DNA of 64,000 nucleotides from Escherichia coli (GTDB lineage Bacteria; Pseudomonadota; Gammaproteobacteria; Enterobacterales; Enterobacteriaceae): NCBI RefSeq assembly GCF_003790525.1, contig NZ_CP033635.1; one strand, 5' to 3'. Shown piece by piece: positions 11,019 to 20,819 of this stretch (position 1 is its first letter; each line of letters starts with the position of its first letter). The notes under the pieces were generated by a model. It saw only the letters and a program-made list of their open reading frames with translations, ran no database searches and was not told where the DNA came from. The position numbers and the translations under genes were made by a program.

Positions 11019-14000
11019 ATGAATAAGATATATAAAGTCATTTGGAACCATACAACCCAAAAATGGGATGTTGTTTCAGAATTGACGAGTTGTAGAAAAA
11101 AATGTAAATCAACTCGCTTAGGAATTGCTTTATCAGCAATGGTTCTGGGGGGCGCTATTGCAATTAATTGCAATAACGCAATGGCAGATGTCATATTGTC
11201 ACCAGACTGGCGTCCGGGTACGAATAACTCGGGTGTTGGGGCTGCAACAGTAAGTGGTAAAACCGAATACATCACTGGTCCAAATGTCGTCCAGTCTGGT
11301 GGGTCAGGTCTTATCTGGATGACTGTAGAACAGGCAATTTTAAATGGTTACACCACTGGAGATAATTTATCCGGATTGATTTACGTCAATACCGGAGAAA
11401 AAACAAAAACCATTACAGTGAAGGATGAGGTTACTGGCGCTTATCAAACACTTCAAGTGTTTGATACTGACTCTTTCTCACAACGCGATGCGGGGACTGG
11501 AGGAAATGAAACCATTCCTGGTTTTAGTGGCACTGCAGATTTTTTCAATGCGACACGTTTTGTAACAGCCAATAATGGCGGTACAGCTATTTTGGATGTG
11601 GGTTCACCAGCAATCGGTAATTTTTTTAAAAATACACAGCTTGCTGTAGCTGATGGAGAAGGTTCCTCTGTTGTATGGAACTCGGTCAATGATTTTTATT
11701 TTCAGCCTGGTGCAACCATGCAGGGGGGCGGCGTTACTCAAAAAATCATTGACTCAATGAAATATGCTGGAACAATTACTGATTGGGCGGGAAAAGTACA
11801 CCATATTAACTCTCTTGATGATTTAAAGCAATATAATCAATATTTGATAAAGTCACTAGAGGACAAAACGCTTTCTTATAAGCAGTATGATGCTGAATTT
11901 AATAAGGCCCTTATTGTCACCAAGCATAATTACAATGTGGATATGACCGCTGGGGGACGTATAGACTCAACTCCTTACAAAGAAAATGTAGGGCTGCTTG
12001 CTGTTCTCCATGCAACCAATAACGCACGAGCAATATTAGGTAAAACGGGTAAATTAACTGGAGTTCTTCCTGCCTATGGGAATGGAGGAGGGATCGTTGC
12101 AACTAATGGTGGGACCGGTGTTAATGAAGGGGTCATTGATGCCATTGGTACTGAAATGATTGCCTATCAAGACAGTACCATTGTTAACGATGGTACACTT
12201 TTTGTTTGGGATAATAATGATAAATATGCTCTCCAGGCAGAGGGGATGGTTGCCGGTAGTAATGGTTCTTCAGCCATTAATAATGGTGTTATTAATATTC
12301 GCCCATTTAAAAATGCTTTCGCTCCAGAGGGGATTAACACCGCAATTGTTGTTAGTAATGGGGGCATGGCAACAAATAAAGGCACAATAAATATTACTGC
12401 CGATGCATCAACTAATGATAATAATGGCAAAACACGAGGTGTAAATGTTGGAGCTGGAGGCTCTTTTATTAACTCGGCCTTCGGGAGCATCAATGTAGGT
12501 ATTGCGGAGGATAAAACTGCGACTCATTCGGCTGTGGGTTCTGTTGCGATTGAAGTACAAAATGGTGCAAACAAAGTCGTTAATGAAGGTACTATTTTTT
12601 TGGGCAGGGGGGCTCAGGGGAACTACGGAATCCTGGCAAAGGATGCCGGGAGTGTTGATGTGGTAAATAAAGGGACTATCACTATTGACGGTTATGACAG
12701 TGATGCACCTGCACTGAATGTTGGCATGCTGGCAAATAATAGCTCCGGGATGAAAAACTCCGGGATTATCAATGTTAATGGTCTGAACAGTACCGGGCTA
12801 CAGGTAATCAATGCAGGGCAATTAAATTCTGACGGTACGATAAATGTTGGCGGCGAGGGTATCAGTAGTGGTTTCCGTAACTATGGTGCCTGGGTGGAAG
12901 GTGCCAGAAGCAATGTTAATGTATCCGGAAAAATCAATCTTTCCGGTACTGGTGCTGTGGGGGTTTTTGCCAAAGATGGCGGCAGTCTTACCTTGTCAGG
13001 CAATGGTGCAGTGCTATTTGGCAGCAGCGATCAGATAGGCTTTTATGTCTATGGAAAGGACTCTGCCATTCATAATACCGGAAGCGGTGTTATGGATGTG
13101 TCCACTGAAAACTCAACATTATTCCGTATTGCCAGCGGTGCGACATTCCAGGGAACTGCAGATGCTTCTTCTGCACTTACGGCGTCTGGTAAGAACTCTT
13201 ATGCACTTATTGCCACGGGGAAATCGGATGGCGGTGTGGCCTCGACAGTAACGTCTGGAGGAATGACCATCAACCTGACGGGGGAGGGGGCTACAGCGAC
13301 TTTAATTGAAGGGGGAGCGCAGGGCACAATTGAAAGTAATGCCATTATCAATATGGATAATGCCAGTGCAATAGCCGGTATTGCGGATGGCAATGGCTAT
13401 GATATTTCCGGCAAACTCATTAATCCGAAGGACAAGACCACACTATTAACGGCGGGGGCTCAGTTAAGTTCCACCCAGGATAAAGTGACCGGGTATATCG
13501 CCCGTAATGGGGCCACTCTAAATAATACCGGTAATATCATCTTTACTGGAAAGAATACAGTGGGCGTCCGGGTTGAGGAGGGTGCTGTTGGTACCAACAG
13601 CGGAAATATTACAGTTCAGGATGGTGGTGTGGGACTAATTGCTAATGCCACACAAGATGTTACAACGATTAATAACTCGGGAAATCTCGTTCTCAAGGGG
13701 GGAGATAATGCTAACCGTACAACGGGTATAAAAGCATCTGGTACAACAACAACGGTTAATATGACCGCGGGTACTATATCTTTGCAGGGACAGGGGGCGA
13801 TTGGCGTTGAGGCCAGCAATAAAGGGACTGTTAACCTTGATGGCTCGGCAGTACCGAACTTTGCTTCTGACGGCTCTGGTATTACCGATCAGATTGCTTT
13901 TCGTATTATCGGAGATGGTGCAACCATTAAGACGAATATTGCACCGGGAACTCTGCTGGATGCCAGTGGGGAACGTTCTGTACTTTTCCGTATTGAAGAT

Positions 14001-17000
14001 GGGGCAAAACAGGCCGGCTCTTTGCTGATGAAAACCTCCGGGACAGGCAGCCGTGGTATCTGGGCCACAGGGAAAGGGAGCAATGTCCTGGCTGATGCTG
14101 GCAGTGATTTCCAGATCCTGGGCGCTCAGGCTCAGGGATTATATGTAACTGGTGGTGCGACAGCGACGCTGAAACAGGGGGCATCAGTTAACCTTGTAGG
14201 GGATGGCGCTGTTGTCGCGGAAGTTGACGGAAATGAATACGCTCTGGATGGCAGTATTACACAAACGAATACTGGCTCGGTTATTACCAATGAGGCAGAT
14301 ATCTCTTCGCCGCTGAATAATGCCAAGGGCTTTATTACGCGTAATCAGGGACTGTTGATTAACAGCGGCAACATTGATTTCACTACCGGTACAGATAATA
14401 TCGGCGTCTGGGTTGATAATGGTCGTTTTGAAAATACAGGAAGCCGTATAGCGGTCAATGGCGTTGCATTATTTGTTGAAGGTGAACACGCTCAGATTAC
14501 CAGCACGGGAGGGGATATCGTCGCTGTGGATGGTGAGGCTGCCATTAAGCTGGGGGCGGGCGCGTCACTGAACCTGGCAGGGAGTGGCCTGGGAACGATC
14601 GAAGGTCAGAAAAATGCGCATGGCATCCTGCTGGATACAGGGGCTGTGGGGCTGGTTATTGATGGTGCGAAAATCAATGTTAATGCTGCAGGTGCGGTCG
14701 GTCACGGGATTGAGAACCGTGCAGAAATTGAAGGCATTCAGTTAACCAATACGACTGAAATTAATGTGGCTGATGGCATTGGTGTGCGAACTTCTGCTTC
14801 TCTGGCCAAGACCAACAGCGGCACTATTAATGTAGACGGCAGTGGAATTGCACTGGCGTTCCAGAAAGCTGACGGAAGTGAAACCGATAATAACCTGGAT
14901 ATGTCTGACTCCGGCGGATTAGTCATTAATCTGAAAGGCACGGGCGGCACGGGTATTTTCGCCAACACTAAAGATGGTGCTGTCGTGAAGAGTGGTGCAA
15001 GTGTCAATGTTACACAGGCCGATGGCGGTTCCGCTCTGGTGGTTAACAATGCGGCCAGTGAAGTGGTTCAGAGCGGTAATCTCATCTCTGCTTCTCTGAG
15101 TCATGCCGTAGTGGATGCTTCAAAAGCACAGTCCTTTACCAATAAAGGTCAGATTAAAGCTGCGTCCGCCACCGGGACTGCAATGGCGTTTGATGACGCC
15201 GTGAATACCACCGTACTGAATGACAGCGGTGCTGAAATTCAGGGGGTTGTGGCTCTGAACGGCGGTGATAACACATTCACCAATAAAGGCAGTATTACCG
15301 GAACCGTCAGTGCAAAAGAGGGTAACAATACATTTTTATTTGATGATGGCAGCATACTGACAGGAGAAGTGGCTGCAGGAAATGGCAATAACAATGTAAC
15401 GCTCAATGGTAAGGCTCATGTTGATAAGGTTACTGCCGGTACCGGGAAGAACACCTTCACCATTAAAGGCGAAGGGGCAACCTGGAACCTGCTGGATGGC
15501 GGGCAGGGAGATTCTGATTCCCTGATTTTTGATAACGCCATTCATACGCTGGATTCTGCTGTAAAACTACGGAATTTTGAACATGTCGGGCTGAAGAACA
15601 GTTCGCTTGTCACTCTGAAGGAAGCTCTTGTGCTGACCGATGGGGGGACCGGCCCGGGTTCCGTCGATATTGAATCGGGCAGCGAACTGGCCATTATTCC
15701 CGCAGTTGCAGGCAACTTTACCTTTGATCCACTGTTAACAGGCAAAGGAACACTGTCTGCCCGTCTTGATGCCGACACATCTGCTTTTGAATTCAGCCAT
15801 AACGTCGGGGATCAATTTGCCGGAACTCTGAAGCTGGGTACCAGTAGCTTTGCTCTGGAAGGGCTGAATACGAGCGGGTTAACCCATGCAATGCTGATGT
15901 CTGAAACCGGGAATATCACAACGGTTGGCTCCGGTGTTCAGCAGATTGGCGGTCTTGGGTTCAATGGCGGAACGCTGATTTTTGGTTCCGTTATGCCGGG
16001 CGATACCATTGCCAGCAACAGTATTGAAACCTCTGCTGCAGGTACGCTGGATATCCGGGGGAAAGGCACAATTCAGGTCACCATGCCAGATGAAGTGATT
16101 AATGATATTCCGGCTGTTGATACCCGTAAGAATTTGCTGGAGCAGGATGATGCGCAGACCCTGGTCACACTGGTGAATGCAGCGGGTACCGTCACCGGTA
16201 CTGGCGGGCAACTGCAACTGGTGGATGAAAACGGGCAGGCTATTTCTCACAGTCAGACGTTTGATGTCACTCAGGGCGGTGAAGTTGTAGCTCAGGGAAA
16301 TTATGACTATAAGCTGCTGGGAAGCTCCGACGGTGTTAAAGGTGACGGACTGTACATAGGCTATGGGCTGAAGTCGCTGGATTTACAGGGAACCGGTGAT
16401 AAAGCGCTGGTGCTGACACCGAGAGCGAATGCCCAGGGACTGCAGACAGATCTTGGTGCACAGTTAACGGGGGCAGGGGATCTGGCCATCGAAGCTGCGG
16501 GGCAGGTTGTCACACTGTCTAACGGCGGTAATAACTACACCGGGGATACGCTGGTGCGCAGCGGCACACTGCAGATGGCAAATGATAATGTGCTTGGCGC
16601 TACAGGTAGCCTGAACGTTGCCAGCAATGCCGTCTTCAGAACAGACGGATACAGCCAGACGGTGGGTGCACTGCAGACAGAAACGGGAGCGCACATTCAG
16701 CTTGATAGCGGTAGTGTACTCACGGTCAGCGGCACGCAGCGTCAGCCGGGCGATGATAATGGTGGCATCATTGAAAACAATGTGCTGACCGGAGACGGTA
16801 CGCTGGCTGTCACGGGCAGCAATCTGACGGTACATGGCACCAATATCGGGTTCACCGGTAATGTCAGCCTTACCCGGGGTTCGCTGGTTGAAATGAACGG
16901 CGCACAGGGGCTGGGAAGCCAGGGCTCCATCAGCTTTGAAAGCCTTAATGATCGCCTGGCGATTGATATCGCCGACGGTAGCGGAGTCAGCAGTAACCTG

Positions 17001-18932
17001 AGTAAATCGCTTTCCGGAAAAGGTTCAGTGGGCATACTGAACACCACTGATCTGACACTTTCCGGAGATAACCGTAATTTCAGCGGTGAATTCCGTGTGC
17101 AGAAAGATGCTGCTCTGCGGGCTTCAGATGAAAAACACCTGGGCACCGGGCTGATTGACAGTGATGGTGTCACCTGGCTTACCGCCAGTGGAAACTGGTT
17201 ACTGAAGAATGATATTACTGGCTCCGGCGCTCTGGTGAAACAGGGGGCGGGTAATCTGATCATTAATCATGAGCTGACTTATACCGGTGATACCACGGTT
17301 GAGAATGGCGTTCTGATTGTCGGTGATGATTCAGTCACCCGTGCCGCTGGCGCGACGTTGTCAGGATCCAAAAACATTCATGTTCTTAATGGCGGCACAC
17401 TGAGTGGGCTGGGGACCGTTTCGGGTCAGGTTAATAACCAGGGAACACTGGCATCACTGAATGCTCTCTCAGGTTATGAAACGGCAGAGGCGGGCAATTT
17501 TACCGTTGGCTCACTGACCAATACCGGCGTCATTCGTCTGGCCGGTGGTAAGACAGGAAATACCCTGACCGTAAATGGCGATTACACTGGTGGCGGTACG
17601 TTAATTATCAATACCGTGCTGGGGGATGATACTTCTGCCACTGACAAACTGATTGTCACGGGTAACACCTCCGGTGATACCGGCGTGGTGGTGAATAATG
17701 TCCGGGGCCAGGGGGCTCAGACCGCTGACGGCATTGAGATTGTGCATGTCGGTGGGCAGTCTGACGGTAACTTCAGACTGCAGAACCGTGCGGTGGCAGG
17801 GGCATGGGAATATTTCCTGCATAAAGGTAATGCGGGTGGTACTGACGGTAACTGGTATCTGCGTTCTGAATTGCCGCCAGAACCACAACCGCAGCCGCAG
17901 CCACAACCGCAGCCACAGCCACACCCCACGCCGGATAAACCTGTACAGAAGGTCTATCGTCCGGAAGCGGGCTCTTATATTGCGAACATAGCGGCAGCCA
18001 ACACGCTGTTCAACATCAGAATGCACGATCGTGAGGGGGAAACTTACTATACCGATGTGTTTACTGGTGAGAAGAAAGCAACAAGTATGTGGATGCGTCA
18101 TATCGGCGGTCATAATCGCTGGAAGGACAGCAGTTCACAGCTGAATACGCAAAGTAACCGTTATGTTGTGCAACTGGGTGGCAGCATTGCGCAATGGACT
18201 GACGGTCAGGACCGTCTGCAACTGGGGATTATGGCCGGTTATGGAAATGAGAAGAGTTCCACGACATCCTCGCTTTCGGGATATAAATCTAAAGGTGCGA
18301 TCAATGGATACAGCACCGGTTTATACGGAACGTGGCAGCAGAATGACGGTAATGACAACGGGGCTTATGTCGATACCTGGATCCAGTACGGATGGTTTAA
18401 TAATACCGTTAATGGTGAAAAACTGGCTGCGGAGTCCTGGAAATCCCGTGGATTTACCGGTTCAGTGGAAGCGGGTTATACCTTTAAAGCCGGCGAATTT
18501 ACCGGTAGCCAGGGTAGTCACTATGACTGGTATATTCAGCCGCAGTCCCAGATCACGTGGATGAATGTAAGAGCCAGTGAGCATACGGAGAAGAATGGCA
18601 CGAAAGTTCAGCTCAGCGGAGACGGTAATATCCAGAGTCGTCTGGGCGTCAGAACTTACCTGAAAGGTAAGAGTGCGTCTGATGATAATAAGGCGCATCA
18701 GTTCGAGCCATTTGTGGAAGTTAACTGGATCCATAATACACGGAGCTGGGGTGTCAAAATGGATAATACGGCACTCAGTCAGGACGGAGCTACAAATATT
18801 GCTGAAGTCAAAACGGGTGTTCAGGGTAAATTGTCAGATAACCTGAATGTCTGGGGCAATGTTGGTGTTCAGGCTGGCGATAAAGGGTACAGTGATGCCC
18901 AGGCAATGCTGGGTATTAAATATATATTCTAA
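11019..18932 (+). CDS. Giant AIDA-type autotransporter adhesin (UpaE-like), 2637 aa
   Basis: Signal peptide, then an extended passenger of repetitive Gly/Asn/Thr-rich beta-helix repeats, a PQ-repeat linker, and a C-terminal ~280-aa beta-barrel translocator ending GIKYIF. Confidence 0.9.
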   Translation: MNKIYKVIWNHTTQKWDVVSELTSCRKKCKSTRLGIALSAMVLGGAIAINCNNAMADVILSPDWRPGTNNSGVGAATVSGKTEYITGPNVVQSGGSGLIWMTVEQAILNGYTTGDNLSGLIYVNTGEKTKTITVKDEVTGAYQTLQVFDTDSFSQRDAGTGGNETIPGFSGTADFFNATRFVTANNGGTAILDVGSPAIGNFFKNTQLAVADGEGSSVVWNSVNDFYFQPGATMQGGGVTQKIIDSMKYAGTITDWAGKVHHINSLDDLKQYNQYLIKSLEDKTLSYKQYDAEFNKALIVTKHNYNVDMTAGGRIDSTPYKENVGLLAVLHATNNARAILGKTGKLTGVLPAYGNGGGIVATNGGTGVNEGVIDAIGTEMIAYQDSTIVNDGTLFVWDNNDKYALQAEGMVAGSNGSSAINNGVINIRPFKNAFAPEGINTAIVVSNGGMATNKGTINITADASTNDNNGKTRGVNVGAGGSFINSAFGSINVGIAEDKTATHSAVGSVAIEVQNGANKVVNEGTIFLGRGAQGNYGILAKDAGSVDVVNKGTITIDGYDSDAPALNVGMLANNSSGMKNSGIINVNGLNSTGLQVINAGQLNSDGTINVGGEGISSGFRNYGAWVEGARSNVNVSGKINLSGTGAVGVFAKDGGSLTLSGNGAVLFGSSDQIGFYVYGKDSAIHNTGSGVMDVSTENSTLFRIASGATFQGTADASSALTASGKNSYALIATGKSDGGVASTVTSGGMTINLTGEGATATLIEGGAQGTIESNAIINMDNASAIAGIADGNGYDISGKLINPKDKTTLLTAGAQLSSTQDKVTGYIARNGATLNNTGNIIFTGKNTVGVRVEEGAVGTNSGNITVQDGGVGLIANATQDVTTINNSGNLVLKGGDNANRTTGIKASGTTTTVNMTAGTISLQGQGAIGVEASNKGTVNLDGSAVPNFASDGSGITDQIAFRIIGDGATIKTNIAPGTLLDASGERSVLFRIEDGAKQAGSLLMKTSGTGSRGIWATGKGSNVLADAGSDFQILGAQAQGLYVTGGATATLKQGASVNLVGDGAVVAEVDGNEYALDGSITQTNTGSVITNEADISSPLNNAKGFITRNQGLLINSGNIDFTTGTDNIGVWVDNGRFENTGSRIAVNGVALFVEGEHAQITSTGGDIVAVDGEAAIKLGAGASLNLAGSGLGTIEGQKNAHGILLDTGAVGLVIDGAKINVNAAGAVGHGIENRAEIEGIQLTNTTEINVADGIGVRTSASLAKTNSGTINVDGSGIALAFQKADGSETDNNLDMSDSGGLVINLKGTGGTGIFANTKDGAVVKSGASVNVTQADGGSALVVNNAASEVVQSGNLISASLSHAVVDASKAQSFTNKGQIKAASATGTAMAFDDAVNTTVLNDSGAEIQGVVALNGGDNTFTNKGSITGTVSAKEGNNTFLFDDGSILTGEVAAGNGNNNVTLNGKAHVDKVTAGTGKNTFTIKGEGATWNLLDGGQGDSDSLIFDNAIHTLDSAVKLRNFEHVGLKNSSLVTLKEALVLTDGGTGPGSVDIESGSELAIIPAVAGNFTFDPLLTGKGTLSARLDADTSAFEFSHNVGDQFAGTLKLGTSSFALEGLNTSGLTHAMLMSETGNITTVGSGVQQIGGLGFNGGTLIFGSVMPGDTIASNSIETSAAGTLDIRGKGTIQVTMPDEVINDIPAVDTRKNLLEQDDAQTLVTLVNAAGTVTGTGGQLQLVDENGQAISHSQTFDVTQGGEVVAQGNYDYKLLGSSDGVKGDGLYIGYGLKSLDLQGTGDKALVLTPRANAQGLQTDLGAQLTGAGDLAIEAAGQVVTLSNGGNNYTGDTLVRSGTLQMANDNVLGATGSLNVASNAVFRTDGYSQTVGALQTETGAHIQLDSGSVLTVSGTQRQPGDDNGGIIENNVLTGDGTLAVTGSNLTVHGTNIGFTGNVSLTRGSLVEMNGAQGLGSQGSISFESLNDRLAIDIADGSGVSSNLSKSLSGKGSVGILNTTDLTLSGDNRNFSGEFRVQKDAALRASDEKHLGTGLIDSDGVTWLTASGNWLLKNDITGSGALVKQGAGNLIINHELTYTGDTTVENGVLIVGDDSVTRAAGATLSGSKNIHVLNGGTLSGLGTVSGQVNNQGTLASLNALSGYETAEAGNFTVGSLTNTGVIRLAGGKTGNTLTVNGDYTGGGTLIINTVLGDDTSATDKLIVTGNTSGDTGVVVNNVRGQGAQTADGIEIVHVGGQSDGNFRLQNRAVAGAWEYFLHKGNAGGTDGNWYLRSELPPEPQPQPQPQPQPQPHPTPDKPVQKVYRPEAGSYIANIAAANTLFNIRMHDREGETYYTDVFTGEKKATSMWMRHIGGHNRWKDSSSQLNTQSNRYVVQLGGSIAQWTDGQDRLQLGIMAGYGNEKSSTTSSLSGYKSKGAINGYSTGLYGTWQQNDGNDNGAYVDTWIQYGWFNNTVNGEKLAAESWKSRGFTGSVEAGYTFKAGEFTGSQGSHYDWYIQPQSQITWMNVRASEHTEKNGTKVQLSGDGNIQSRLGVRTYLKGKSASDDNKAHQFEPFVEVNWIHNTRSWGVKMDNTALSQDGATNIAEVKTGVQGKLSDNLNVWGNVGVQAGDKGYSDAQAMLGIKYIF
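17875..17930 (+). repeat. In-frame (CCG CAG/CAA)n hexanucleotide microsatellite encoding (PQ)8 linker in the autotransporter
   Basis: Peptide PPEPQPQPQPQPQPQPQPHPTP. DNA is ccacaaccgcagccgcagccacaaccgcagccacagcc. Confidence 0.8.
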
Positions 18933-18939
18933 TCACACA

Positions 18940-18964
18940 GTGGCAGGAGGGGACCTCCTGCCAC
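18940..18964 (+). other. Strong 11-bp-stem hairpin between autotransporter and Skp-like gene, with no T-run
   Basis: GTGGCAGGAGG-gga-CCTCCTGCCAC followed by CTCAGGG. Could act as an mRNA stabiliser, processing site or attenuator rather than a terminator. Confidence 0.5.
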
Positions 18965-18979
18965 CTCAGGGTTGTCATA

Positions 18980-19510
18980 ATGAGTTCTGTAATGAAATTT
19001 TCTGTTGTTAATGCAGTAGTGCTGCTGTTGCTGATTGTACTTACTGGTGTTTTTTATATGAAAAAGTCAAAAGAAATTGCAGTTGTTAATATCGATGCTA
19101 TTTATAATCAGTCTGCCGCCGGAGACATGGCCAGAAAACATCTGAATGAGGTTAAGAGTATTCTTGAAAAAGGATATGAGGATGCGCAAAAAGTATTCGC
19201 AGATAACGCGAATAAAGAGGCGCTGCTTCTTGATGCCAGACAAAAACTGGAACGACAATATGTTATTGAGGAAAATAGCGCAAAAATGGTGTTATCCCGT
19301 GCGATAGATAATGCTATAGGCACATGGAGAAAAGACAATCCTAAAAATATTGCCGTATTGTCTTCAGGTGTTGTGCTTGCGCATAACGAGTCAGCTGATA
19401 TCACCAAAGAAGTCATGACTCTGGTTGAAAAAGAAAATCTGGTTTTTAATAAATTACCCAAAGTGGAAGTGCACAATAAGAATGAAGAGAAACCAGAACA
19501 AAGTAAGTAA
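18980..19510 (+). CDS. Skp/OmpH-family periplasmic chaperone paralog with N-terminal hydrophobic anchor or signal
   Basis: 176 aa. EIAVVNIDAIYNQ and NIAVLSSGVVLAHNESADITKEVMTLV align with the Skp N- and C-terminal beta-strands (KIAIVNMGSLFQQ and [28 protein letters not shown]). A charged coiled-coil middle matches the Skp tentacles. Confidence 0.7.
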   Translation: MSSVMKFSVVNAVVLLLLIVLTGVFYMKKSKEIAVVNIDAIYNQSAAGDMARKHLNEVKSILEKGYEDAQKVFADNANKEALLLDARQKLERQYVIEENSAKMVLSRAIDNAIGTWRKDNPKNIAVLSSGVVLAHNESADITKEVMTLVEKENLVFNKLPKVEVHNKNEEKPEQSK

Positions 19511-19947
19511 TCACTAGATTCTGACGATTTCCAGAAGGGAGATTCAGCAGGCCAGCATCTGTAATCATTCAGATTTTCTGGCTTGCTGCTAAATATGGTT
19601 GCTGAGAAAAATAGCAGTCCAGTAATTTATTCAGATTACTGAATATAATAATTTTTCAGGAACGGTTATGCTGAAGGTAGTATGTTTAATCGACACAATT
19701 ATTTGCTGTGTCTAATATGAGGTGACATTTTTATGATCACTGACCAGCAAGACTGACCCGTATTGATTAGCCTGATTATTGGCAACTTATTGGGGTAGTC
19801 ATTTTGACATCGAATGGGGGAGGTTTCCAGTTAAGTTCACGAATGCATGATGATTTGCGTTCACATATCGAAGTGCTGGTTGACTATACTAAGGATTTTA
19901 AGATAACTCACTGATTGTAAGTGGGTTATTGCGAGGGGGATGATAAA

Positions 19948-19966
19948 TGGTGTCCCTGCAGAAATC
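19948..19966 (+). repeat. attR-like imperfect direct repeat of the argW 3' end; distal boundary of the satellite element
   Basis: TGGTGTCCCTGCAGAAATC versus TGGTGTCCCCTGCAGGAATC at 32636-32655. Same orientation, 2 differences. Confidence 0.65.
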
Positions 19967-20115
19967 ATCTTAATTATTATTATGTTGATTTATATGTAGT
20001 TTATTTTTGATTTTTTGTTTTTGTACCCGTTTTGTGCCCGTTTTATTCGATTCCCAATTTAAACTTCGATTCTAGAAAGGTGAGTAGGGGAGGTTATCAT
20101 TTCATGTATCATTAT

Positions 20116-20159
20116 TGTAGACACAGAATAATTACTCGCCTATCCTCACTGTAGACACA
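20116..20159 (+). promoter_or_regulatory. Direct repeats TGTAGACACA x2 in the TA promoter; probable antitoxin operator
   Basis: Copies at 20116-20125 and 20150-20159, spaced 34 bp, ending 25 bp upstream of the antitoxin ATG. Confidence 0.5.
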
Positions 20160-20183
20160 CAATAGATACAGGAGTTAACCCAC

Positions 20184-20432
20184 ATGCGCACACAGGTTGT
20201 ATTGCAAAAATGGGGTAATAGCATTGCCCTTCGACTAACGGGAAACCTTAAAACCGTTCCGGGGTTTTCAGTGGGTGATATCGTCAACGTTGAAATTAGT
20301 GAAAAGGGGCTTTTTGTAGAAAAGCCTGCACGCCGTCGCCTGAGTGAAGCCGAATTACTCGCCGGGATAACGCCAGTTACAGCGCACGCGGACGAAATTG
20401 CCACCCCATTCAATGAGGAGGTTGATTACTGA
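20184..20432 (+). CDS. MazE/PemI-family antitoxin (SpoVT/AbrB fold)
   Basis: 82 aa. N-terminal VVLQKWGNSIALRLTG swapped-hairpin motif. Stop overlaps the toxin start (TGATG). Confidence 0.8.
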   Translation: MRTQVVLQKWGNSIALRLTGNLKTVPGFSVGDIVNVEISEKGLFVEKPARRRLSEAELLAGITPVTAHADEIATPFNEEVDY

Positions 20433-20776
20433 TGTTTGTACCTAAGCGTGGTGATATTTGCTGGCTGGATTTTGAGCCGCAGAAAGGAAAAGAGAGCGGA
20501 AAGTATCGCCCGGCACTCATACTATCCCATGAGCAATATAACCGACTCACCGGGCTTGTCATATGCTGCCCCATAAGTACGAGCATACGAAATGCTCCCA
20601 CAGAAGTTCCGGTAACAAATCTGGACGCCCCCAGCGTGGTAGCAACCACACTCATTCAAACCCTTGACTGGCGTCAGCGGAAAGCGCGCTTAATCACAGA
20701 GGCAGAAGATGGGGTATTTAATGATGTGCTTGAAAGAGTCATTACCCTGATTGGTGGAGAGCATCTGCTTAAGTAA
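20432..20776 (+). CDS. MazF/PemK-family endoribonuclease toxin
   Basis: 114 aa. KRGDICWLDFEPQKGKESGKYRPALIL matches the PemK/MazF N-terminal signature (ERGEIWLVSLDPTAGHEQQGTRPVLIV in PemK). Confidence 0.8.
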   Translation: MFVPKRGDICWLDFEPQKGKESGKYRPALILSHEQYNRLTGLVICCPISTSIRNAPTEVPVTNLDAPSVVATTLIQTLDWRQRKARLITEAEDGVFNDVLERVITLIGGEHLLK

Positions 20777-20819
20777 AAGGAGGGCTGAGAAGCCCTCAAC
20801 GTTACCAGAAATTTCCTTG

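Noticed and set aside
11453-17263. Numerous 60-170-aa ORFs on both strands inside the autotransporter gene
   Set aside because: They are embedded in a 7.9-kb gene with a continuous, repeat-rich reading frame. They are frame shadows of a GC-biased repetitive sequence.
17717-17929. Minus-strand ORF translating to MGCGCGCGCGCGCG...
   Set aside because: It is an artefact of reading the PQ hexanucleotide repeat on the opposite strand, and it lies inside the autotransporter gene.
20043-20075. Two TTCGATTC(C) motifs resembling a tRNA T-loop/acceptor region
   Set aside because: They are inverted relative to argW and only 9 nt long. The convincing att repeat is the 19-mer at 19948-19966.
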